A DNA stretch of 64,000 nucleotides, from IMG/VR virus record IMGVR_UViG_3300031687_000005; one strand, 5' to 3'. Of the stretch, positions 8,569 to 15,638 are shown one piece after another. Numbering within the stretch: position 1 is the stretch's first letter; every line of letters starts with the position of its first letter. A model generated the notes under the pieces. That model was not told where the DNA came from and did no database searches. It was given only the letters and a program-made list of their open reading frames with translations. Origin of the DNA: an uncultured virus (IMG/VR IMGVR_UViG_3300031687_000005) (taxonomy: Duplodnaviria; Heunggongvirae; Uroviricota; Caudoviricetes). A program made the position numbers and the translations under genes.

Positions 8569-10062
8569 TTAATCTATTACATCTCCTCTATTTATTATGT
8601 GAGATGGTAAATGGTTGTCTTTGTCTCCGCCCCGTGCATAGTGGTGCTTGAAACCTTCAACCCTATCTTCATAGTATGCATATACTTGTGAAGCTATGTT
8701 AGTTCCTAAACCGTCAATTAGAACATCTTTTAATGTGATTGATTCCACATCGTTGTATATCCTCTTCTGATTAGACTCTGCATAGTGCACAATAGACATA
8801 CATATCAACGTCCAGTTACGTATCTTCTCATAGCTCATTGAAGCTCCATGATTACGAAATTCAACTGTTGGTCTCCCACTAGCTGTACTGAAGTTATTGA
8901 TATTTACCCACCTGTAACGAGTACCTGCATACTTATCATGTCTCTTCTCTTTGTTATGATACTTGTCAAGAGTAGTGCTATCGTTATATATAAACTTACC
9001 CAACTGCTCTCTGAAGTCTTGGAAGTTTATCTTACTAGCCCACGTTGGTATATACTTGCAATAAGTATTACCTACCCTCGATGGTGGCATCATTCTAAAG
9101 ATTTCATCTTGCAACTGATAAGATAAGCGTAGCAGCATGATAGTGAATCGTCTATTGAACTGACCACCTACATGCACATGTATACCACACCTACTATTAG
9201 TTTCATGATTGTTACTCCTAACAGCTTTGCATACCCTCTTAAGATGATTGAATCCGTAGTCACCTTTCAGTACACCTGTAACATATTCAGGCCCGCTAGT
9301 TGAGCCATCATACATAGATGATATGTTAAGTTCTTGCCAGTCATCACGGTCCATAGTACCGTTACTAGTCTCTATCTCTACACCGAATGTATATCTCATA
9401 CCGTTAGATATAGAGAAGGTAGGACTATCTGTACCCCAGAACTTTTTCTGTTTAAGACTATCAAAATTACTAGCTCCTCTTGTATTGTTGAAGTATACAT
9501 CATCACCATCGTTATCGTAGTCATCATCATCATTGCAGTCGTGGTCTGATTCGCTAGCTCTATATGCATCACAATCGTTGCAGTAGTAGCATTCATCGTC
9601 GTCAGCAACATCTGAGTTTATATATGCGATGTCTGAATCTTGACACCTTACATAGTCTTCTTCTTGATGAAAGAACCCTTCATTTCCATTGCCTACTTGT
9701 CCCCAAATAGAATCGTCCTTGAATATCCATTGGCAGTTATGGTCGCAATGTACTACCTCGCTATGCCTAGCTAGATACCATTGGTCGTCTTCTATATAAC
9801 ATATGCCATGTTCTCCTATTAGGCTATCCATAATCTCCTCATCAATAGCATAAGGGTATAGGAAGTGAGTACCTGAGTCAAGCTCTGTTATATCTTTAGA
9901 TACAATGATTGACTTATCTTCTGCTGAGTTAGCTAATTGTACGGATACTCTAACTAAGCCTTCTCCAATTTCTTGAGGTTCAGCGAATGATGCTAAATCA
10001 AATACTACACTACCTAAAGATGCTTGTAATGCGCTGTCAATTATTTCGTTTTCTGTTGGCAT
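8569..10062 (-). CDS. Putative amidoligase (COOH-NH2 ligase, glutamine-synthetase-like fold) with a Cys/Asp-rich N-terminal extension
   Basis: TFGVEIET, DGS, EYVT, RCGIHVHVG, RYRWVN, TVEFR motifs. Confidence 0.85.
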   Translation of the reverse strand: MPTENEIIDSALQASLGSVVFDLASFAEPQEIGEGLVRVSVQLANSAEDKSIIVSKDITELDSGTHFLYPYAIDEEIMDSLIGEHGICYIEDDQWYLARHSEVVHCDHNCQWIFKDDSIWGQVGNGNEGFFHQEEDYVRCQDSDIAYINSDVADDDECYYCNDCDAYRASESDHDCNDDDDYDNDGDDVYFNNTRGASNFDSLKQKKFWGTDSPTFSISNGMRYTFGVEIETSNGTMDRDDWQELNISSMYDGSTSGPEYVTGVLKGDYGFNHLKRVCKAVRSNNHETNSRCGIHVHVGGQFNRRFTIMLLRLSYQLQDEIFRMMPPSRVGNTYCKYIPTWASKINFQDFREQLGKFIYNDSTTLDKYHNKEKRHDKYAGTRYRWVNINNFSTASGRPTVEFRNHGASMSYEKIRNWTLICMSIVHYAESNQKRIYNDVESITLKDVLIDGLGTNIASQVYAYYEDRVEGFKHHYARGGDKDNHLPSHIINRGDVID

Positions 10063-10214
10063 AATAGTTTGATGTTTTTAAGTTTGTTAATCACTATATC
10101 TACATCGCTCTTGTATGCCGAACGTCTTCTTAACTTCTTAGTAGAAGTAAGGACCTCATCAATGTACTGAGTATCAGACACAAAGACAAGGTTCTTTTCC
10201 ATATTAACTGACAT
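10041..10214 (-). CDS. 57-aa basic hypothetical protein (below the ORF-track cutoff)
   Basis: ATG overlaps the GATase stop (TAATG); MSVNMEKNLVFVSDTQYIDEVLTSTKKLRRRSAYKSDVDIVINKLKNIKLLCQQKTK. Confidence 0.6.
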   Translation of the reverse strand: MSVNMEKNLVFVSDTQYIDEVLTSTKKLRRRSAYKSDVDIVINKLKNIKLLCQQKTK

Positions 10215-11233
10215 TAGAATGGGGCTACTATTTGATTGCTACGTAGTTGTCTATGTAGTTCTGCCTCATCTCTTACTGTATCCAGCTCTCTATATTTTTG
10301 AGAGGTTAGAGCATTGTAAGCGTTCATCTCATCATCATTAAGGTAGTCTTCCATTTCTGTACCTAAAGCTACAAGTACTTCAATCTGCGTCATTAATAAT
10401 ACAGTCTCCGCTTCTTCTAGCTCTTTGTCTACATACATCTCAAGAGAGTACCTGTCGTCTGCAGTTGCATACCAGTCATCTTTCTTGCCGTAGTAGTCAT
10501 TACTCTCTCTTGTAAGGTCATCGTAATAGCTTGTATTCTCAGGCTTATAGTCAGTCCAGTTTTTAACCTTCGTGTTCTTAGGTGCTACATATGTAGTTGG
10601 TATGTCTATAGATGCAACCAGTTCTCCTTCTTCATATATGAATAGGCATTCTTTCTCCACCTCTTCTACTATACAATCGAAAGGACATATATCCTCAAGC
10701 CCTCTTCTTAATGATGAGAAGTATATACCTTCATTAACTTCCATCTTAAATAGAGGGTTGTTTCTTCTGTATACATACAGTCTACCATCACGCTCAGTCC
10801 ATACTGCATTGATTGTACCTCCATGAACACCAAGTGTTTGGTAGTCATTAGTCTTATCAAGTATAGTATATATAGCTTTAGAGTCTACATCTGGTACTAA
10901 TACATCATTACTCTTACACAACTCTTCATAGTTGTTTAACACTCCATTATGGCAACCGATAAATCTACCGATAGCATAAGGGTGTGTGTTCTCAGCGGTT
11001 TTAACACCATGAGTGGCATATCGAGTGTGTCCAATGAACAACTCTGCTTTATTATGCTCGACTTGTCTCAATAGCTCTGAGCTTTCGCCCGTTGTTTTAT
11101 ATAGCTTCTTGAATGCTCCGTTCTCCACATACATTCCTGTGCTGTGTCCTCCTCGGCTGTCGTTGTCTTCTAATAAATGCATTGCCTTTAGTATATTTAC
11201 ACTCTTACCAGAGTATGCTGTAATTCCACACAT
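10214..11233 (-). CDS. Class II (Ntn) glutamine amidotransferase
   Basis: MCGI N-terminal nucleophile, RGGHSTG, GHTRYATHG, HPY, HNGVLNN, DVDS. Confidence 0.92.
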   Translation of the reverse strand: MCGITAYSGKSVNILKAMHLLEDNDSRGGHSTGMYVENGAFKKLYKTTGESSELLRQVEHNKAELFIGHTRYATHGVKTAENTHPYAIGRFIGCHNGVLNNYEELCKSNDVLVPDVDSKAIYTILDKTNDYQTLGVHGGTINAVWTERDGRLYVYRRNNPLFKMEVNEGIYFSSLRRGLEDICPFDCIVEEVEKECLFIYEEGELVASIDIPTTYVAPKNTKVKNWTDYKPENTSYYDDLTRESNDYYGKKDDWYATADDRYSLEMYVDKELEEAETVLLMTQIEVLVALGTEMEDYLNDDEMNAYNALTSQKYRELDTVRDEAELHRQLRSNQIVAPF

Positions 11234-11239
11234 AATTTC

Positions 11240-11464
11240 CTAATTTAGTTTTCTGTTCTTATAGAAGAACGATTTAATTTCTTGCTCATTAAGAGCCTTA
11301 CCTAATTCATCTGTAGATACAGGTAGCATATCCTCCTTACAGAAGAGTACATAACCACCATCTACAATCTTAAACGACATAGTCGCTGGCTTAACATGCT
11401 GAAGCGATAGTAGTTCTTGAAATTGCTTCAAAGTGCGCTTGCATCTGGGTGTATTGTTCATCAT
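11240..11464 (-). CDS. Hypothetical protein
   Basis: 74-aa ORF in the operon. Confidence 0.6.
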   Translation of the reverse strand: MMNNTPRCKRTLKQFQELLSLQHVKPATMSFKIVDGGYVLFCKEDMLPVSTDELGKALNEQEIKSFFYKNRKLN

Positions 11465-11885
11465 CTATATTCATTTTAGTCTTAATATCACTAATTCTCT
11501 TCTCTGCAGTGTGAATTACAAACTCATCCATGTCGTTACACACAATGTTAATAACTTTAGCCATGTTTTCCTTACTTAGAATAATACAGTGATTGTATTC
11601 ATCTAAACTCTCACCCTGAAATACTATACGGGACGACAGGTAGTGAAAGAATTCATAGTTATAGTCTTCAAATATTAAGCTAATACGAAATTCATATTCA
11701 TCGCATTGCTTATGTACCATGTTAAGCTCACGCTCTTCAAATGAGTACTGTGCATCGGTAGAGTGATTTACAAACAACACCTCGGAAGGTATGTTTGCAT
11801 CACTTGTTGGTCGCTTTCTTATAGTTACCTGAAAGCCTTCTGATACTATATCAATAGTACCAAGACCTACGTTAAAGTTAGTCAT
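11391..11885 (-). CDS. Hypothetical protein
   Basis: 164-aa ORF. Confidence 0.7.
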   Translation of the reverse strand: MTNFNVGLGTIDIVSEGFQVTIRKRPTSDANIPSEVLFVNHSTDAQYSFEERELNMVHKQCDEYEFRISLIFEDYNYEFFHYLSSRIVFQGESLDEYNHCIILSKENMAKVINIVCNDMDEFVIHTAEKRISDIKTKMNIDDEQYTQMQAHFEAISRTTIASAC

Positions 11886-12069
11886 AGAATGAACTTCTAA
11901 ATGTTGACAACTCTTTGTAAGTCAAGTAAGCTAAGTATGTGAAGGCTGCTCCGCATATAGCCATGATAGTGAACTTCCAACCTATTACATAGGCGAAGTA
12001 TATGTCTACTGCTATACATAGTGTAAATACAATACACATTATATAAATCCTTGTGAAGTTATTTTTCAT
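11878..12069 (-). CDS. Small membrane protein with two transmembrane helices
   Basis: Two hydrophobic stretches (IYIMCIVFTLCIAVDIYFAYVIG; FTIMAICGAAFTYLAYL). Confidence 0.65.
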   Translation of the reverse strand: MKNNFTRIYIMCIVFTLCIAVDIYFAYVIGWKFTIMAICGAAFTYLAYLTYKELSTFRSSFYD

Positions 12070-12070
12070 G

Positions 12071-12499
12071 TTACTTAAAGTCTACAGTTATTAATCCGTT
12101 GTTTGTAATTGTGCAAGTCATAGTCGGAGACATGTTAATTACTAGTGTCTTCGCTTCAGCTACTCTACCAGTTCTAGCTATCTCTTTGTATGCTTTCATA
12201 GGCTCAATAGGTTTTGGTGCTACCTTCTTAGTAGCTTTAAATATTGCCTTAATCTTTTTACTTGATAAGACTTCTCTATTGGGCTTAGTTATCAACTCAT
12301 AATATAGCTGACCATGTGCCTTGTTATACTCTGGGTTAGCTACACCTTTGTTGCTTGCTCTCTTCATTCTAGGAGGTAAGTCGTTTTCGTTTTGAGGAAT
12401 TATTTGCTTACCTAATCTTGTAACATAAACCTTCTTCTTAGCAAGGTTAGTTACGATGCGTTGTAGCACCATTGTTTTAGTAATCATAGTCTTAGCCAT
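12071..12499 (-). CDS. Basic hypothetical early protein
   Basis: 142-aa Lys-rich ORF with a TAACTAA leader. Confidence 0.75.
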   Translation of the reverse strand: MAKTMITKTMVLQRIVTNLAKKKVYVTRLGKQIIPQNENDLPPRMKRASNKGVANPEYNKAHGQLYYELITKPNREVLSSKKIKAIFKATKKVAPKPIEPMKAYKEIARTGRVAEAKTLVINMSPTMTCTITNNGLITVDFK

Positions 12500-12563
12500 G
12501 TTGTTGTAATTTAATTAGTTAATCGGTTACACCCTATAATAAAAACAAGGGTTAATTAAGGAC

Positions 12564-12580
12564 GAGAAGAAATAGCAGGA
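12564..12580 (-). repeat. Early-region motif copy 1 (plus strand GAGAAGAAATAGCAGGA)
   Basis: Directly visible; one of five intergenic copies. Confidence 0.85.
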
Positions 12581-12706
12581 ACAGAACGGAAAAGCAATGG
12601 ATATACCCTGCATAGTACGGTGCATAGTGATAGTGATTTTTAACGGCTTGGTGCACGCTCGGTTGCGCCATGCTGTAAGCCTTGTTGTTTTGCACGCAGT
12701 AATAGT

Positions 12707-12809
12707 AACTAATGTTCAAGCCAACCTCCGCTACAATATTCGGGTGTGATTACGCATGCTTGCAACCGTTGCACATCAAGGACATTATGATTACGGCTTG
12801 AACTTAGTT
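12707..12809. ncRNA. Long stem-closed structured element (candidate ncRNA or processing site)
   Basis: AACTAATGTTCAAGCC 12707-12722 pairs with GGCTTGAACTTAGTT 12795-12809. Confidence 0.4.
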
Positions 12810-12812
12810 AAA

Positions 12813-12838
12813 TAGGGAAGTCCGTTAAGACCTCCCTA
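12813..12838 (-). terminator. Hairpin after the 12845 gene, probable terminator
   Basis: Minus strand TAGGGAGGTC-TTAACG-GACTTCCCTA followed by TTT. Confidence 0.55.
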
Positions 12839-12844
12839 ATATTC

Positions 12845-13531
12845 TTACCACGAAGCTCCGTTACCTGCTTGTGATTTCACGCTAAAGCTTTTCGCTTGAG
12901 GTGTACTTGAATTGTTATTACCTGACTTACTTTTGTAAGTGTAATCCGTTGTGGATATGGTGTAATCTTTCAAGTCTTCGTGGAAGAAAGTCTTCACGAC
13001 TAGCTCCTTACCTGCTAAGGATTCAGCAAGATTTGAAGGGTCAAACTTAGTCTTGTTCTCTCTTAGGATAGAGTATAACTTTGAGCTACTGTAATGTAGC
13101 TTGAAGTTGTCTGCAAATGCAGATAAAGACTCGTGGTATGGGTTTCCGTCATCGTCGTGTACTGGTGATGAAGCAGGAACGCCCTTCTCATCTAAGTTCA
13201 CGCCTAGTATCCACTTAGCAATGTTAGTCGTAGCCTTTGGCACTTTGCTACCCGTCAAGCCGTATAAATAGAATTCCATAGAGATTTGAGCTATGGTCTT
13301 ATTCATAAATCTTAGCGTGAAGGTAGCCTCGTTAAATTCCGTATCTAATGAAGGGAACTTAAGTTTAAGTAAAGCCTTGTCTTTCTCTCCGACTACTTTT
13401 CCGTCAACCTTTACGGCTGATTTGGTATCCTCGAAGCCAACTACTATAGCTCTTACTGAGTCTAAGGCTTGGTGCAGACGCATTGGCGATTTGATGTCTG
13501 CTGACTGTAATCCTGTAGGTATTTTGAACAT
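12845..13531 (-). CDS. Hypothetical early protein with a low-complexity C-terminal tail
   Basis: Long ORF; first ATG at 13531 (MFKIPTG), while the track start at 13603 is TTG. Confidence 0.8.
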   Translation of the reverse strand: MFKIPTGLQSADIKSPMRLHQALDSVRAIVVGFEDTKSAVKVDGKVVGEKDKALLKLKFPSLDTEFNEATFTLRFMNKTIAQISMEFYLYGLTGSKVPKATTNIAKWILGVNLDEKGVPASSPVHDDDGNPYHESLSAFADNFKLHYSSSKLYSILRENKTKFDPSNLAESLAGKELVVKTFFHEDLKDYTISTTDYTYKSKSGNNNSSTPQAKSFSVKSQAGNGASW

Positions 13532-13614
13532 AATATATTCCCGTATAAAATAGCCCACGGGTGATGTCTTCGGGCTAAGTGTGAGCTTTAATTTATTGCT
13601 CAAGTTAATTGGTG

Positions 13615-13716
13615 TCCACTATTAAACATCTAAATAAATATACTGATGGTCAATCGCGCTATCAACTGCGACTTGACTTTATCATATATTTATTGTACCT
13701 TTGGTGGGATAGTGGA
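13615..13716. other. About 100-nt rod-like imperfect inverted repeat
   Basis: TCCACTAT/ATAGTGGA, AATAAATATA/TATATTTATT, TGAT..GTCAA.TCGC/GCGA.TTGAC..ATCA. Confidence 0.7.
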
Positions 13717-13753
13717 TAACTCCCTAGAAGATACTTAAACATCTAAATAAATA
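13622..13753. repeat. 19-bp direct repeat TTAAACATCTAAATAAATA (13622-13640 and 13735-13753)
   Basis: Exact match read from the sequence. Confidence 0.85.
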
Positions 13754-13770
13754 AGATGCTTACTTAATAA

Positions 13771-13788
13771 AGAGAAGAAATAGCAGGA
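13771..13788 (-). repeat. Early-region motif copy 2 (AGAGAAGAAATAGCAGGA)
   Basis: Directly visible; TAGCAGGA can pair with TCCTGCTA at about 13826-13833. Confidence 0.85.
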
Positions 13789-13879
13789 CAAGGGCTTAAA
13801 CACACCCGACGAACACACGACAATATCCTGCTAATCAACAACTTAGTGCATACATTACGCAACTTATGTTAGTTAATAT

Positions 13880-13897
13880 AGAGAAGAAATAACAGGA
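13880..13897 (-). repeat. Early-region motif copy 3 (AGAGAAGAAATAACAGGA)
   Basis: One mismatch to copy 2. Confidence 0.85.
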
Positions 13898-14033
13898 TGT
13901 GGGTGGATATAAGCGTTTTTGAAGTGTTCTATTCACTCTTCCACACACACATATTATACTACTTTGCATTGGCATAACTCGACGAAACTCCCAAACTACT
14001 ACGCATTATGATAGTGAGACAACAAACGAACCC

Positions 14034-14276
14034 TTAGAAGGGTAAGTCTGTTGGATAGTTTTTGTAGTCGTCGTTGCAGTCTATAATTTGCACGACCTTG
14101 TACATTATATCTACATCGTAACTTAAGTATAATATTTGCTCTACCATTTGGTGGTAAGAGTCTATATCATACATAGTTGCTACTTGGCCTTGCTTATCGC
14201 AGATAAGTAGTTCACAAGGGTAGTTGATAACATTGCCGTTTTGTACGGTCTTTAATAAATCAGCTGAGTTCAGCAT
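14034..14276 (-). CDS. Small early protein, paralog of 14535..14741, ending in DLPF
   Basis: 80-aa ORF sharing the DL..V.N..I.YPC.EL.I pattern. Confidence 0.75.
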   Translation of the reverse strand: MLNSADLLKTVQNGNVINYPCELLICDKQGQVATMYDIDSYHQMVEQILYLSYDVDIMYKVVQIIDCNDDYKNYPTDLPF

Positions 14277-14309
14277 AACCTTTTATTGTTTTAATTAAAA
14301 CTAAACCCG

Positions 14310-14471
14310 TTAGTCGGGCTTAGGTGTTCGGCATACAGTCGCATGGGTTACACCCTCCTTATGAGGACATGGTACACACGACAATATCTTAACAGAGAAC
14401 TTATGTTTCCATTGGTTCAATGTCTTTTGGACGCTTGCGTCCTCTCCACGAAGTATTTTTATCTCGTACAT
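14310..14471 (-). CDS. 53-aa early protein (below the ORF-track cutoff)
   Basis: MYEIKILRGEDASVQKTLNQWKHKFSVKILSCVPCPHKEGVTHATVCRTPKPD; starts 27 nt after motif copy 4, with a TAACTAA leader. Confidence 0.6.
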   Translation of the reverse strand: MYEIKILRGEDASVQKTLNQWKHKFSVKILSCVPCPHKEGVTHATVCRTPKPD

Positions 14472-14497
14472 AAGAAGGTTTATTAGTTAATTATTAA

Positions 14498-14513
14498 AGA
14501 GAAGAATAGCAGG
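14498..14513 (-). repeat. Early-region motif copy 4 (AGAGAAGAATAGCAGG)
   Basis: Directly visible; forms the 3' arm of a minus-strand hairpin GTAGGCTC-TTAGCA-GGGCCTGC. Confidence 0.85.
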
Positions 14514-14534
14514 CCCTGCTAAGAGCCTACTACA

Positions 14535-14741
14535 TTATACTATACGACCTAATGATTCACGCATACCTGACGAACCTATGTTACCTGCAAGGTCACACAT
14601 AGTCTCGTTGAAGTCGTCCTTACTTGATATAAGGAACTCAACAGGTGAGTCGTTAGTGATTATCAACTCCATTGCACACGGATATGTAATCGAAGTATTG
14701 TCAACATAGTCAACAAGGTCACTCAAGCTTAAGTATTTCAT
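14535..14741 (-). CDS. Small acidic early protein (first gene of the minus arm)
   Basis: 68-aa ORF starting 27 nt after motif copy 5. Confidence 0.75.
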   Translation of the reverse strand: MKYLSLSDLVDYVDNTSITYPCAMELIITNDSPVEFLISSKDDFNETMCDLAGNIGSSGMRESLGRIV

Positions 14742-14767
14742 AACGAATGGGTTTAGTTATTTATATC

Positions 14768-14784
14768 AGAGAAGAATAGCAGGA
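14768..14784 (-). repeat. Early-region motif copy 5 (AGAGAAGAATAGCAGGA)
   Basis: Directly visible at the divergence point. Confidence 0.85.
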
Positions 14785-14879
14785 TATGGGTACAGTATGG
14801 GGGTATCCAAAGTTTTGAACACCATGGGGGTCACTAACGGAATACATCCGCACTCAAATAAATATAAATTATTTTTATG

Positions 14880-14887
14880 TATTTTTG
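14880..14887 (+). promoter_or_regulatory. Bacteroidota-type -7 box (TATTTTTG)
   Basis: TAnnTTTG 24 nt before the first plus-strand ATG. Confidence 0.5.
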
Positions 14888-14911
14888 AATCTAAACTAAA
14901 TATATAATATT

Positions 14912-15349
14912 ATGCCTGATAAAGTAAAGAAAGCCAAGAGAGCTGGTAAGAAAGTAATGCGTAAGATTAAAAGAGGTAAGGACGTTCAGTCTCAGTCTTC
15001 TAAGGATGTTATGGATAAAGTTGTTAGACGTACTACAGACCCTGTAAAGAGTGGTAGTGCTGGTAGTGGTTCTATTAAGAAGACTCCTAAAACTAAAACA
15101 AAGTCTACAATTGATTACGTTAAGTCTACAGCTAAGAAAGTAGGTAAAGCAGCTTTGGGTGTTATTGGATACTCTAAAGGAGGAAAAGTTAAAGAGCCTC
15201 TTAAGAATAAGGTTAAGCGTAAGATTTCTCAAGTGAAGAATCGTAAGGTTGAGAAGCAATATAAAAGAACTCACAATACTAACTTGTTCGATAAAGGTAA
15301 TCCAAAGGATAGAGGATATTCTAAAGGTGGTTTTATTCAGCACGACTAA
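14912..15349 (+). CDS. Highly basic protein with C-terminal YSKGGFIQHD tag
   Basis: Lys/Arg-rich; internal YSKGGKV and terminal tag. Confidence 0.85.
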   Translation: MPDKVKKAKRAGKKVMRKIKRGKDVQSQSSKDVMDKVVRRTTDPVKSGSAGSGSIKKTPKTKTKSTIDYVKSTAKKVGKAALGVIGYSKGGKVKEPLKNKVKRKISQVKNRKVEKQYKRTHNTNLFDKGNPKDRGYSKGGFIQHD

Positions 15350-15358
15350 ATATATATT

Positions 15359-15637
15359 ATGCCAATAGGAAAAAAAAGAAAAGCTAAAAAAGATGCAGCC
15401 CTAAAGCTTCGTATAGATAGAGAAGACAACAAGAACAGAGCTTCTAGATTAAAGCAACAAGATAAAGCAGACCAGAAGCCAGTTAAGATAAAGCAACCTA
15501 AAGCTAAAAAGCTAAGCACTCCTAAAGGAGAAGCTAGTTTAGGTAAAAGGTTTAGCAATACATTTACTAATGCTTACAACGAATCTAAAACTAAGAAGAA
15601 ATCTTTTAGTAAAGGAGGATTAATACAACACGACTAG
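15359..15637 (+). CDS. Highly basic protein with C-terminal FSKGGLIQHD tag
   Basis: Lys/Arg-rich; shared terminal tag. Confidence 0.85.
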   Translation: MPIGKKRKAKKDAALKLRIDREDNKNRASRLKQQDKADQKPVKIKQPKAKKLSTPKGEASLGKRFSNTFTNAYNESKTKKKSFSKGGLIQHD

Positions 15638-15638
15638 C

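Noticed and set aside
12500..14030. tRNA genes in the non-coding early region
   Set aside because: No cloverleaf with a T-loop GTTCRA and matching acceptor stem was found by eye; tRNAscan-SE would settle it
12564..14784. The repeated early motif as a CRISPR or mini-CRISPR array
   Set aside because: Repeats are only 17-18 bp, spacing is irregular (about 110-1200 bp), the intervals contain genes, and no cas genes are present
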